Assembly: GCF_001194135.2 (NCBI RefSeq)
Contig: NC_068982.1
Span: forward strand, 136,673,626 to 136,737,625
Length of the DNA: 64,000 nucleotides
Reading direction: 5' to 3'
Source: Octopus bimaculoides
Lineage: Eukaryota
Both the position numbers and the translations under genes were made by a program. Shown in pieces: positions 37,309 to 49,480 of this stretch. The notes beneath the pieces were generated by a model. The model was not told where the DNA came from. It did not search any database and saw nothing but the letters and a program-made list of their open reading frames with translations. How positions within the stretch are numbered: position 1 is the stretch's first letter; every line of letters starts with the position of its first letter.

Positions 37309-37426
37309 GATGCATACACAGTCATCTTTGACGATGTCCGGCAAAAGCGTCTCTGGAATGATTAGCCTGCCGTCACACACAGACACAAAAAAGCCAGCTG
37401 TCTCCTCTCTTTGCGCTTTATATATA

Positions 37427-37611
37427 TATAATTTAGGGTTTCTAAGAGATACCACCACGCTGGAAATAGCAGTCAAAGCTTGACTCTATAACCACATTTT
37501 TGTCTCTTCGTCTTCTCTCTTGGTGCTATATGAACATTTAATGTGGTTTTAGAGTCAAGCTTTGACTGATATTTCCAGCGTGGTGGTATCTCTTAGATAC
37601 TCTAAATTATA
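37427..37611. mobile_element. Foldback / MITE-like element with 72-bp inverted arms
   Basis: 37427-37498 is the reverse complement of 37540-37611 with 4 mismatches; the arms start and end with TATA. Confidence 0.75.
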
Positions 37612-37814
37612 ATTTTAAATAATTATTTCCTTTGATGGTTTTTATTCCCATGCTGGGCACTTGATAAAATCGGTATTTGAATATCGATCTTATCCTTATT
37701 TATACATATATATATATATATATAACCTAATAAATACAGTATATATTTTCATGAGACATGAAGACAACTCAGACAGAAAATCGTATCTTTATTTTAGATC
37801 TCACCTTATGAAAC

Positions 37815-37904
37815 TGACAATTGTTTAAATTGCATTAACACAAACACATACATACATATATATGTGTATGTGTGTGTGTGTTAATGCAATTTAAACAATT
37901 GTCA
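37815..37904. repeat. 28-bp perfect inverted repeat around a CA/TG spacer
   Basis: TGACAATTGTTTAAATTGCATTAACACA / TGTGTTAATGCAATTTAAACAATTGTCA. Confidence 0.85.
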
Positions 37905-38666
37905 ATATATATATATAAATGTATATGTTAATGCAATGTATATGTTGTGCACACATACATGTACACACAGACTCATACACATACACACACGCATATATNN
38001 NNNNNNNNNNNNNNNNNNNNNNNNNNNNNNNNNNNNNNNNNNNNNNNNNNNNNNNNNNNNNNNNNNNNNNNNNNNNNNNNNNNNNNNNNNNNNNNNNNNN
38101 NNNNNNNNNNNNNNNNNNNNNNNNNNNNNNNNNNNNNNNNNNNNNNNNNNNNNNNNNNNNNNNNNNGTATGTATGTATGTATATGTTAATGCAATTGAAA
38201 CAAATGGCGGTTTTAATAGGCGAGATCTAAACTAAGATACCATTTTCTTCGAACGTATTTTTTGTTGTTCAATATCCTGGGATTTTATTCTACATACATT
38301 TACTGTTATCTGTTTGTTGAGCATTTAATCAAATTCCTTAAATAATGGGTGCTTTACTGATGTGTGCCTGGAAGTTTTTAATCCCATTTCTTCTCTCTTT
38401 CTCTTTCTCTCTCCCTCTGAAATAAACAATATTTGTAAACAAGCACGGAAGGATTTGTAAGTTATGTTTACAAATAGTATACGTACTACTATATATCAAC
38501 TAAATTCGGCTGAAATTGATGGGTGAGCGTTTGGCCGAATCGGATGCACAAGAGGCCTTGTTAGCGTTTATTTGTGGGTTTGATTCTGGCTAGAGTTACC
38601 TCATCCATTTTCAGTCAAACTGTCGCTAAAATCGGATATTATGGTATTACTATGATATACTTTTAT

Positions 38667-38844
38667 AGGCGCAGGAGGGGCTGTGTGGTAAGTAGCTTGC
38701 TTACCAGCCACATGGTTTCGGGTTCAGTCCCATTGCGTGGCACCTTGAGCAAGTGTCTTCTACTATAGCCTCGGGCCGACCAAAGCCTTGTGAGTGGATT
38801 TGGTAGACGGAAACTGAAAGAATCCCGTTGTATATATGTATATG

Positions 38845-38894
<50 letters not shown>

Positions 38895-39103
38895 TGTGTC
38901 AGTGTTTGTCCCCCCGACATCGCTTGACAACCGATGCTGGTGTGTTTACGTCCCCATAACATAGCGGTTCGGTAAAAGAGACCGATAGAATAAGTACTAG
39001 GTTTAAAATAAGTCCTGGGGTCGATTTGCTTGACTACAGGCGGTGCTCCAGCATGGCCACTGTCAAATGACTGAAACAAGTAAAAGAGTAAAAGAGTAAA
39101 GAG
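38667..39103 (+). mobile_element. SINE B, full length
   Basis: AGGCGCAGGAGGGGCTGTGTGGTAAG...AAGTAAAAGAGTAAAAGAG. Confidence 0.93.
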
Positions 39104-39114
39104 TAATTATATAA

Positions 39115-39333
39115 GGCGGCAAGCTGGCAGAATCGTTAGCAGGCTGGGCGAAATGCTTAGCGGTATTTCGTCTGTCTTTACGTTCTGAGTTCAAATTCCA
39201 CCGATGTCGACTTTGCCTTTCATCCTTTTGGGGTCGATAAATTAAGTACAAGTTGCGTACTGGGGTCGATCTAGTCGACTTTCCCTCTCCCCCAACATTT
39301 CGGGCCTTGTGCCTATAATAGAAACAATTATTA
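39115..39333 (+). mobile_element. SINE A, tail type 2, full length
   Basis: Head and core as at 1343; tail CCCCCAACATTTCGGGCCTTGTGCCTATAATAG. Confidence 0.9.
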
Positions 39334-39828
39334 TAAAGTCATATATAATAAGTCAAACCGATTTAGGATATCTGGAAAATATTCAATACGTATGTTTCAG
39401 ATCAGTGTAGTGTATGACAACAAATGTACGAACCTTACAACTTATACGACGGCATGCCAGAACTAAGTAGCGTGTCCTGACTCTACTTAGGTTGTTACGC
39501 TAACAAGGATTCGGCATGGTTTGCTATATTTGTCTCGAGTCATCGCTTCCAAGTGTAACACAAAATTATGTGTGTGTGTGTGCGCGTGTACGTTTACACA
39601 AATATCACTAATATAACCTCGGTCGCGCCATGGTTACTAAATAAGACGTTTGTCTATACTGTGGTGCAATCTGACCGAACGTGATACGCCCGGGATCACC
39701 TGCGTCTAAAGATATACACACACACTCATCATTGTCTTTTGCCCCACCAACGGTTCACAACCTGTGTTGATGTGTTCACGTCCTCGATATTATGCAAATA
39801 GAGGAATTTATCTGTAAAAATATGTGAC

Positions 39829-40610
39829 ACTTATTCAGTAACCGTGATAAAACTCCGAGTTTTTTTTTTATATTTTTATATTTTTATATTTTTTAAATAT
39901 TTTTTTATATTTTTCACATAATTATAGGGTTAAAGTTTTCGTATTTTTCCACACATATTTTTCTGTTTTCTCCCCACCAACCTTTTTTCCTGTACGCTTA
40001 TAGACACGTATAAGGAACTTTATTTATATGTGTGTGCTTGTGAGTTTGCGTGTGGATGCGTGCATATGTAGATATATGCGTGCGTATATAGAGATATGTG
40101 CGTGCGTATATGGATATATGTGTGCATGCGATAATATACGCAGTTTTAGACGCGTTTTGACCTTGTCACTACACAGTAATTTCCCTTTGTTTTTAACGGT
40201 CATTTTTCCTAGGAATTTTCAATTGGCCGGATAACTGAAGAGATGTTGGCGTGGGCTCCCACCCTGGCATCCGAAACTCGGAGTTTTATCACGGCTACTG
40301 AATAAGTAGCAGAATGGGGCAAGAACACAAAACATCCAGACAGACGATACAAAGAAACACGGACAAGCCATTCGGAGTTTTCTTTCTTCAGTCGAGATCC
40401 AGATTACCCTTGCAATTTCGGCTGGTTTTTCTCGATATTGCTCCAATCTGGCCAGCCCGAAGGAAAACCTAAGCTAAGAGCATTAGATTCCTTGAAAGAA
40501 AGCAGCGAATGTATACAAAAACAAGGACGGAAAAAACGAGCAATGATACACAAATACAGTAGGAATAATAACGGGACATAACGGCAGATGTCTTTCGACT
40601 GGTCAAATAA
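39829..40610. mobile_element. Penelope-like pLTR region with an inverted terminal segment
   Basis: 34-bp inverted repeat (39829-39862 vs 40273-40306, one mismatch) and a hammerhead motif; no ORF. Confidence 0.6.
40227..40294 (+). ncRNA. Type-I hammerhead ribozyme motif
   Basis: CCGGAUAA-CUGAAGA-GAUGUUGG.GUGG[GCUC]CCAC.CUGGCAUC-C-GAAA-CUC[G]GAG-UU^UUAUCACGG. Stems I-III pair. Confidence 0.72.
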
Positions 40611-40734
40611 AATTAAGCTGGCATAGATAAATATGCAAACTATTAACGAAGTGCTTAAGTACAGAAATTATTTGAGGATGGTGCATAGGCTAAATTGTTA
40701 AAGCGTCAGACAAAATACCTTTTATATCTTGATT

Positions 40735-40905
40735 TTCTTTTTACTTGTTTCAGGTACTAGCACTCTCCCCCGTACTTATTTTTTAAAGCCTCGTACTTCT
40801 GCTATCGGTCGCTTTTGCCGAACTTCACGATTACGAAGACATAAACACAGCGACACCAGTTATTATGCGGTTGTAGCGGGCAAACACAGACACAAACACA
40901 CATAC
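40735..40905 (-). mobile_element. SINE B 3' half
   Basis: CTATCGGTCGCTTTTGCCGAAC...GACAAACACAC. Confidence 0.75.
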
Positions 40906-40909
40906 ACAC

Positions 40910-40912
<3 letters not shown>

Positions 40913-41001
<89 letters not shown>
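40913..41001. repeat. (CT)n microsatellite before an N-gap (41002-41720)
   Basis: Direct reading of the sequence. Confidence 0.95.
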
Positions 41002-41759
41002 NNNNNNNNNNNNNNNNNNNNNNNNNNNNNNNNNNNNNNNNNNNNNNNNNNNNNNNNNNNNNNNNNNNNNNNNNNNNNNNNNNNNNNNNNNNNNNNNNNN
41101 NNNNNNNNNNNNNNNNNNNNNNNNNNNNNNNNNNNNNNNNNNNNNNNNNNNNNNNNNNNNNNNNNNNNNNNNNNNNNNNNNNNNNNNNNNNNNNNNNNNN
41201 NNNNNNNNNNNNNNNNNNNNNNNNNNNNNNNNNNNNNNNNNNNNNNNNNNNNNNNNNNNNNNNNNNNNNNNNNNNNNNNNNNNNNNNNNNNNNNNNNNNN
41301 NNNNNNNNNNNNNNNNNNNNNNNNNNNNNNNNNNNNNNNNNNNNNNNNNNNNNNNNNNNNNNNNNNNNNNNNNNNNNNNNNNNNNNNNNNNNNNNNNNNN
41401 NNNNNNNNNNNNNNNNNNNNNNNNNNNNNNNNNNNNNNNNNNNNNNNNNNNNNNNNNNNNNNNNNNNNNNNNNNNNNNNNNNNNNNNNNNNNNNNNNNNN
41501 NNNNNNNNNNNNNNNNNNNNNNNNNNNNNNNNNNNNNNNNNNNNNNNNNNNNNNNNNNNNNNNNNNNNNNNNNNNNNNNNNNNNNNNNNNNNNNNNNNNN
41601 NNNNNNNNNNNNNNNNNNNNNNNNNNNNNNNNNNNNNNNNNNNNNNNNNNNNNNNNNNNNNNNNNNNNNNNNNNNNNNNNNNNNNNNNNNNNNNNNNNNN
41701 NNNNNNNNNNNNNNNNNNNNTATATATATACACACACATAAATAAATGCATTTGTATGT

Positions 41760-41980
41760 ATGTATGTATTTGTGTGTCTGCGCTTGATCCCCACCATCGC
41801 TTGACAACCGATGTTGGTCAGTTTACGTCGCTGTAACTTAGCGGTTTGGTAAAAGACCCGATTGAATAAGTACTAGGCCTATAAAAGAATGAGTCCCGGG
41901 GTCTTTTTGTTCGACTAAAGGCGGTGCTCCAGCATGGCCACAATCACGCAATCAAATTGCTGAAATAGCTAAAAGAATAA
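41760..41980 (+). mobile_element. SINE B 3' half
   Basis: CATCGCTTGACAACCGATG...GGCGGTGCTCCAGCATGGCC. Confidence 0.85.
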
Positions 41981-41989
41981 AAGAAAGAT

Positions 41990-42803
41990 ATAACCTGAGG
42001 AAAAAAGTTCCCACCACAAGAAAAAGAAGGACGGAACACAAAGACAAGCATAAAGAAGGAAAGGAAGGAAAAGGAAAAGGCAAAACTGAAACAACCAAAA
42101 CTGAAACCTCAATCCACCAAGCAAAAACCAGAAAACCCCAAGGAGGATCCAATGCCATCCAAACGCCTACAGGAAAGAAAAAATTTGGAAGGCACTCAAG
42201 AACCTGCAAATTTTACCTGCAACGCAAATGTCGGTATGGGGAAAACGGCAAAAATTGCCGGTATGCCCACCCGACACCCCGCCAAATCTACAAAGGCCTT
42301 AAAGAGAAAAGGTTCCCTGAGGAAAGACAACAAATGTCTGCAAGTAAAAAATTTACCAAAGAAGTGTGCTCTTCGGAGATTATGCGAAACGCAGCAGCTG
42401 AGCAAGAGTCTTTTTTGTACATGGCGCAAAACATTGTGCAGCAGCTGACCTGGCTACACCAAGCACAAACAGGGAACCTTGCCCACGACTGCGCAAGATC
42501 ACCACAATCGACAGACATGGGATAGCCTCCCCTAACGCCTGCACAGTCATTACGCCAATATTTTTACTAAATATTGGGGGCCTGTTGCATTATAATAAAA
42601 GCAAAATTTCTTTCCTGAAATACCTTGCGGCATTCAATCAAGCCCTATGCATAGCACTCGTGAAAACTCACCTCAGCCCTGATACAGAGGATGCAGAAGT
42701 ACATGTACCAAAATATGTCATACTGCGAACAGACAGAAGTAAATGAGCCATGGTGGAGTTGCTGTATACATCCGTGACGACCTCACACCCCAGGTCTTAC
42801 TGC
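41990..42803 (+). pseudogene. LINE ORF1 C-terminus (CCCH finger) and start of the ORF2 AP-endonuclease (CR1/L2/jockey group)
   Basis: CKFYLQRKCRYGENGKNCRYAH (42205-42270); LLNIGGL..., CIALVKTHL, LRTDR, HGGVAVYIR (42562-42803, one frameshift). Confidence 0.85.
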
Positions 42804-44480
42804 GGTGCCATAAAATAGAAAGAGGAATGAATCATGGGGGATTTGAGTAAAGGCGAAGGGAACCAAACCAGCTCCAAGAATCAGAAACAAACCGCTGTAA
42901 TAATGTCAGAAAAGGTAGAAAGATAAGACTGACTGTAGGTCAGACTTGAGAAGTTGTAGTGAAGCACTTTATGTCACTCACACCACTGAGTTTATCTTGG
43001 ATCAGCAAATTGAAATACCATTCTAATTATATAATATTATTGAGGTCGAAGCCATACGGATTTCTTTTATCCTTACAGTTATATAATCTCCCAGTTAAAT
43101 TATATATAACCTAGTTTTATTTGATGAGAGTTCTTCATCCATTAAACATTGAAATTTCAACTGAAAATTCAAACAGTAGAAAGATTATTTGAGGAATATC
43201 AAAATTAAAAATATATAGAGCAAGACATTTATTTACTTTGAGGCGAACTGCTCACAGTAAATGTTAAATTGACATAAGTTGAATATTGGAATTTAATTTC
43301 GCTTCTTGACTGAAACGAGTTCTGTCATTTGCATAGATAATAGTCTTAAGAAAAATCTGATAACCAAATATCTTAATTTCTATTTTTCTGTATCCGACAT
43401 ATCAGGTATGTGCCACAAATCAATATTGTTGTCTCACCCACATTTTCTCTAAGAGATAAGCGGAAAAACAGAAGAAAAGTACTTTTAAAATAACGAGTTC
43501 CAATGATTGAATTTTATCTTTCAGAGAATATTTTGAAATTCCTACTCACTTGCTGTTATTTCGAATCTTTTTTTCATTCTCTAAAACTTAATGCATAGCA
43601 ACCATGAATAATTCTAATCAATGTCAAAACACATTTAGTGGTGTAAAAGAAAACGGAACCTGTCATTTCTTTTTCTGTCTAATTCTTCCAGCTCTAAAAC
43701 TGAAATTTCCTGAAACCTGCTACAAATCTTTCTTGCATTCATTGCGTAACGTGTGATCAGATTTCTAAAATTTGAACTGGCTTTTATTTTATGCAATTGA
43801 GAAAGATATTGTTATTTAGATTGGACTCATTCTACGTGATACAAAAGATTACTGTTTTAACCATAAAAATAATTTGACACGTTGTGTTTTACGAGTTAAC
43901 AAAGGATTACTCAGGAGTTTTTACAACGGCCTTTTATTGTATTTCACAAAGTAATTATTTCTATTTTTATTTCTGTATTATTTCATTATCAAATCAATAC
44001 TACCAGAGAAAATAGATTACATAATAATAGAAACAGATGCTGAATTAATAACCAGATTCTTGATCTGCTAAAAGAAAGAAAATTTATTTTTAAGATTCCC
44101 AACCGAGATTTGTTTTGTTCTTTGCGTTTTGCTAGTTATTGATTCGGATACACTTATTGTTAAGAATTTTTCCAAGCAAACTTTAGAGGTTCTTAAATGA
44201 TTTTAATTAAAATTCATAACTATTTACTTTGAATCTCGATCATATGTGTTTTACTGTATAATTAGATTTAATCTTAACTGGACTTAGGACATTGGCATAA
44301 TGTGTGTGTGCATAAGTATACATACATACATACTTACATAAATACTTGTGTGTTTGTGTGTGTGTATAAAAAATACGTATACTGGCATATGATTGTTGGA
44401 TATAGTTAAGTAAATTCGTTTAAGGCTGCGTGCTTTATTGATATCTGCCTAGATTTTTCATCTCTGTTTTTTTTTCTTAT

Positions 44481-44511
<31 letters not shown>

Positions 44512-44683
44512 TTGTGTGTGTATCACCCGACGAGATACATCTGCACCACCGGATGCTCCTGAACCAGTTGTTGAGTGTCACACCTATGAGGGATCGTTGC
44601 TACATATGTCAAAACAATTGCCGTGATTAATAATAGACTCTCGTATATTCTATCTTCCATTTTTTATTTGCCATCTCTCTCTC

Positions 44684-44714
<31 letters not shown>

Positions 44715-44730
44715 ACATATATATATATAT

Positions 44731-44763
<33 letters not shown>

Positions 44764-44766
44764 CTA

Positions 44767-45192
44767 TTTCTTGTTTGTTTCAGTCATTAGACTAACTTAA
44801 GTGCCGCCTTAAGTTTTTAGTCGGACGGATCAACACCAGTGCTTACTTTTTAAGCCTGATACCTATTCTATCAGTCTGCTTTACCGAACCGCTAAGTTAC
44901 GTGAACGAAAACATACCAACACTAGTTGTCAAGTGGTGATAAGGTGGGGACAAACACTGACAAAGACACACATAGATATATATATATATATATACGTACA
45001 TAAATACATACATATATATGTATATATATACGAGGGGATTCTTTCAGGTTCCGTCTACCAAATGCACACCAACGGCTTTGGTCGGCCCAAGGCTATAGTG
45101 GAAGACACTTGCCCAAGATTCCACCCAGTGGGACTGAACCCGGAACCATGTGGTTGGGAAGCAAGCTTCTTATCACAAAGCGACTCCTGTAT
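44767..45192 (-). mobile_element. SINE B, full length
   Basis: Reverse complement of the head and body, with internal (TA)n. Confidence 0.88.
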
Positions 45193-45529
45193 ATAATGTA
45201 TATATATATATAGATATATATATTTGAAGAAAAGCAACAAAAATTCAATAGGTTATAGCAGTACGTACGTTTCGTACAAACTTCATTTATTCATGTAGTG
45301 AGAACACTACATAAAATGCGCAATGAAAATGTACTCCTCAGCTGCATAATGGAATTTAATTTTAGAAAGTCATTTTGTTGATGTGTGCAAAAACAAGAGC
45401 AAGAGAAGCAAAAATACCATCTTGACTGGGCTGTCATTCAACAGTCTAGATAGGGAGAGAGAGTAAGAGAGAGAGAGAGAAAAGGAAGAGAGATGTTATC
45501 GAGCATTGAACTAAGTACAATTGCCCCAT

Positions 45530-45962
45530 GCGAGAATTGTCCTACGCGCACGGCAAAGCCTACTTTTTTTGCCGAGGGCTTATATGCCCCCTTATTAGAC
45601 TATTTTCGTTAGTCGTTTGCACGGTGGTCGCTATAAGCGTTAAGCTTATAAAAATACCATTATTATTATTGACAGAATTGTAAAACTCGACACAGCATAT
45701 AAAGTCTGTTTACAATAACAACAACGAACTAATATAGTTCTTAAATTTGAGCGAAAGGAGCAGGCTGGATCGCTGGGGTAATCGGTAACGCACCTAGTCG
45801 CGTTAACAATGGGAAGTGAATTCGTGTCCCACGCGTAAAGGAATGGCTCATTTCTTTTTCTGTCAAGGATTTATATGCCTCATTAGTAAATTATTTTCCT
45901 TAGTCATTTGCACGGTAATCGCTTCAAGCTTATTAAGAATACCATTATTATTATTTACAGAA

Positions 45963-45965
<3 letters not shown>
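45530..45965 (+). repeat. Diverged ~140-bp direct repeat pair with a degenerate tRNA-like leader
   Basis: TTATATGCC...TTAGTC.TTTGCACGGT...AAGCTTAT...AATACCATTATTATTATT.ACAGAATT occurs twice. Confidence 0.6.
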
Positions 45966-46008
<43 letters not shown>

Positions 46009-46689
46009 TTCGTATGTTTTAGTATATATACATATGATTATGACAGGGAAGAAAACGGACGAGCGAAGTAATACAACGCAGACGGTTTGTATAGGGGTGA
46101 ATAAATTATTTTTAAACCGTTTTAAAGATTTTGGAAATAGTTATCGACCTCACCGTTTTTAGTTATTTATAGACTGAATTATAGAAATACATTTTTCAAT
46201 AATCTAGATTCCGTGCATATACCTTTCTTAATAACCAGAAGAAAACTGAATTTGTACTTTAGATACAACGGATTTAAAGTTTACCACTATGGCATATTGA
46301 AATCTCTTTGTATTTTCTGGCGACATTCATGTAAAGCAGGAAGCTGACGTCCATAACAAAGCATGCCTTTATTTTATGGTTGTAGATAACAATACTTGTG
46401 TGGTTGTGATATAGATACATAAATATGGCTTCGTTCTTTTTAAATCTCTGATATCTTCCTGGAAGAAGATACTGGTTTCTAATACGGAAACAAAACGCCA
46501 TTGTTGGAATTTATACAAAAGCAACAATAAGGAGCTGTATGATGAATTTAAGAAAACTTTTAACAATTTCTTCCTTTCCTTTTTACAGATCGAATTTTCA
46601 GAAAACGTGACGCATGGTCTCTTTATTTTCCTGTAGAACGTTGATTTTCTTCCATATTATTTGTTACAACTTATGTAAAATTATTTACA

Positions 46690-46850
46690 GACATGGCTCT
46701 GTGGTTACGTAATTTGCTTCGCAGTTGTGATTTTGATGTTTGGGTTCAGTCCTGCTTCGCGGCACTGTAAGCATATATCTTTAAATAAAACCCCGAGCTG
46801 ACCAATGTTTTTCAATGAATTTCGTAGACGGAAAGCGTGAAGATGTGTGT
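46690..46850 (+). mobile_element. SINE B 5' half, old
   Basis: TGGCTCTGTGG...GGGTTCAGTCC...GTAGACGGAAA. Confidence 0.65.
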
Positions 46851-47186
46851 GTATGTGTGAATGGAAACATAACACAACGAAACCTATAATAATGTTGACC
46901 TGCAACTTTGCAGCATCACTTGCACTGCCATTTGGTAGACTTGATAAAGATAGGCTTTAGCATAGAAATCTGCAGTAGATTTATCGTGAACAAAGGCTAA
47001 ACTAAGTCTTAAAACACACCAATATGAAGAACACTAAGAGATATATTTTAGGAAAGAAAAATAATCAGTATAAACGCTTGATGTAGCTCTGTCAGTGCTA
47101 GTCTTTCTGTATGCCTTCAAAGAGACTTCCTGTTTTCGTGTAATTCATTAATTGGTATTATGATACACGCGCGCACACACATACAA

Positions 47187-47220
<34 letters not shown>

Positions 47221-47237
47221 ACAAACACATATATATG

Positions 47238-47405
47238 CATGGCTGGTTAGAGTATCGAGTTAACAATCATGAGGACAGTAAAATAGGTTCCCGAACCGGG
47301 CTATGTGTTGTGTTCTTGGGCAAGACACTTTATTTCTCGTTGCTCCGGTTCACTCAGCGGTAGAAATGAGTTGCGACTTCACTGGAGCCAGGCTGTATTG
47401 GTAAT
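47238..47405 (+). mobile_element. SINE E (CORE-type, distinct body)
   Basis: GCATGGCTGGTTAGAGTA head, TTCTTGGGCAAGACACTTTATTTC CORE-like motif, CACTCAGCGGTAGAAATGAG. Confidence 0.6.
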
Positions 47406-48660
47406 TAGCAGAACTATATACACGTTCGCCTCGAGGAGTGAACAACTGGTATAAGATTCTGAGAATTCTAACTATCTTGCAATTCACGCTGAAGAGGGGC
47501 AGATTTTCTCGGTAAGAGATTTTTAACTCCGAAACCTGGTCCGTGAATAACAATGTTTTAATTTTATGTATGTAATTTTCAATGTCTTGCTCGCTTACGG
47601 TTTGGTATTTCGCTGAATTTCTTTTGAGAACTACTAAGTCTTAGTAGACACAACATGTGGTCTNNNNNNNNNNNNNNNNNNNNNNNNNNNNNNNNNNNNN
47701 NNNNNNNNNNNNNNNNNNNNNNNNNNNNNNNNNNNNNNNNNNNNNNNNNNNNNNNNNNNNNNNNNNNNNNNNNNNNNNNNNNNNNNNNNNNNNNNNNNNN
47801 NNNNNNNNNNNNNNNNNNNNNNNNNNNNNNNNNNNNNNNNNNNNNNNNNNNNNNNNNNNNNNNNNNNNNNNNNNNNNNNNNNNNNNNNNNNNNNNNNNNN
47901 NNNNNNNNNNNNNNNNNNNNNNNNNNNNNNNNNNNNNNNNNNNNNNNNNNNNNNNNNNNNNNNNNNNNNNNNNNNNNNNNNNNNNNNNNNNNNNNNNNNN
48001 NNNNNNNNNNNNNNNNNNNNNNNNNNNNNNNNNNNNNNNNNNNNNNNNNNNNNNNNNNNNNNNNNNNNNNNNNNNNNNNNNNNNNNNNNNNNNNNNNNNN
48101 NNNNNNNNNNNNNNNNNNNNNNNNNNNNNNNNNNNNNNNNNNNNNNNNNNNNNNNNNNNNNNNNNNNNNNNNNNNNNNNNNNNNNNNNNNNNNNNNNNNN
48201 NNNNNNNNNNNNNNNNNNNNNNNNNNNNNNNNNNNNNNNNNNNNNNNNNNNNNNNNNNNNNNNNNNNNNNNNNNNNNNNNNNNNNNNNNNNNNNNNNNNN
48301 NNNNNNNNNNNNNNNNNTATATATATATTTACATATATATAATATGCATGTATATTAACGAGGTGAAGTAGAATCCTTTGAAACGATAGTAGAGATGGGC
48401 TTGAATGAACTCTGTTCTGGTTTCCTTACACTTTATTTTTTATGTATATACTCTTGTATTTTCATATATTTTTATTTTGTCTGTGTGACTCTGTGTGTGT
48501 CTGTGTGTCTGTCTGTGTGTATAATTTTGAAATATAGTGTATTATGTGATTTTATTTGATGCCGTGTTTCTAATCCGGACAAGTGTCTCTAAACATACGT
48601 TTGTGTGACAATGGATGTATCATACCACATAACACTGTTATTGTTTTATAAGGCCGTTAA

Positions 48661-48840
48661 TGCGCCGAGCTGGCAGAATCGTTATCACGTTGGGCAAAAT
48701 GTTGAGCACCGTTTCGTGCATCTTTACTGTTTATCCTTCAGCGGTCAATCAAACAGTACTATTTAAGCATAAGGGTCGATGTAATTGACTTACTCACTAC
48801 CCCAAAATTGTTGATCTTGTGTCAAAATTTGAAATCAATA
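48661..48840 (+). mobile_element. SINE A, old and deleted
   Basis: CGAGCTGGCAGAATCGTTA...GGGTCGATGTAATTGACT...TTGAAATCAATA. Confidence 0.7.
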
Positions 48841-49418
48841 TCATTATATGGAGCAGACAAAACATCACAGAAACGGACGCTCATATATAGATATGATTAT
48901 GCTTTATATCGGTAAGGTCATTGCAAGTTTATACTTAGTCTGCGACCCTAGTTCTTCAAAGCTGTAACCAAGATGATCTTGCCAATCACTTAGTCACCTT
49001 TTCTTTGCATATGCTGTTATAAGAATTATTTCACAGTTTATAAAATTGTCTAATTGCAATTTATGTTAACTAGTAACTCCATTATGGTCATTTTCATGTA
49101 AATTATACACTCTATGCATGGAGTACGAAGGCGACAATTATTCGGTGTTTACCACATCTCTTTGCTTTCACCATTATTCAAATGAAGTGAATGGACATTG
49201 AAAGAAATTTGACAGGTGTTAACTCTCATGTGGTTCATAAGAAGCTTTATAAAGTTTCCTTTAACAAGTCAAATAGCATTCAATTAAACCTTGAAGAATG
49301 TGAGTTGCATATGTGAATTTAGTGTATGTAAATTTGTAGGTGTCATAGTATTTACATATATATAAATAAATAGATGAATAAATATACATACATAATACAT
49401 ACATACACACACGCAGAC

Positions 49419-49480
<62 letters not shown>

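Noticed and set aside
36777-37331. 184-aa Glu-rich ORF and its antisense Ser-rich ORF
   Set aside because: Translation of a (GAA)n microsatellite running into a SINE A head; no coding signal.
40360-40400. Minus-strand CTGAAGA...CCGAAT as a further hammerhead
   Set aside because: GAAA is broken and neither stem I nor stem III can be formed.
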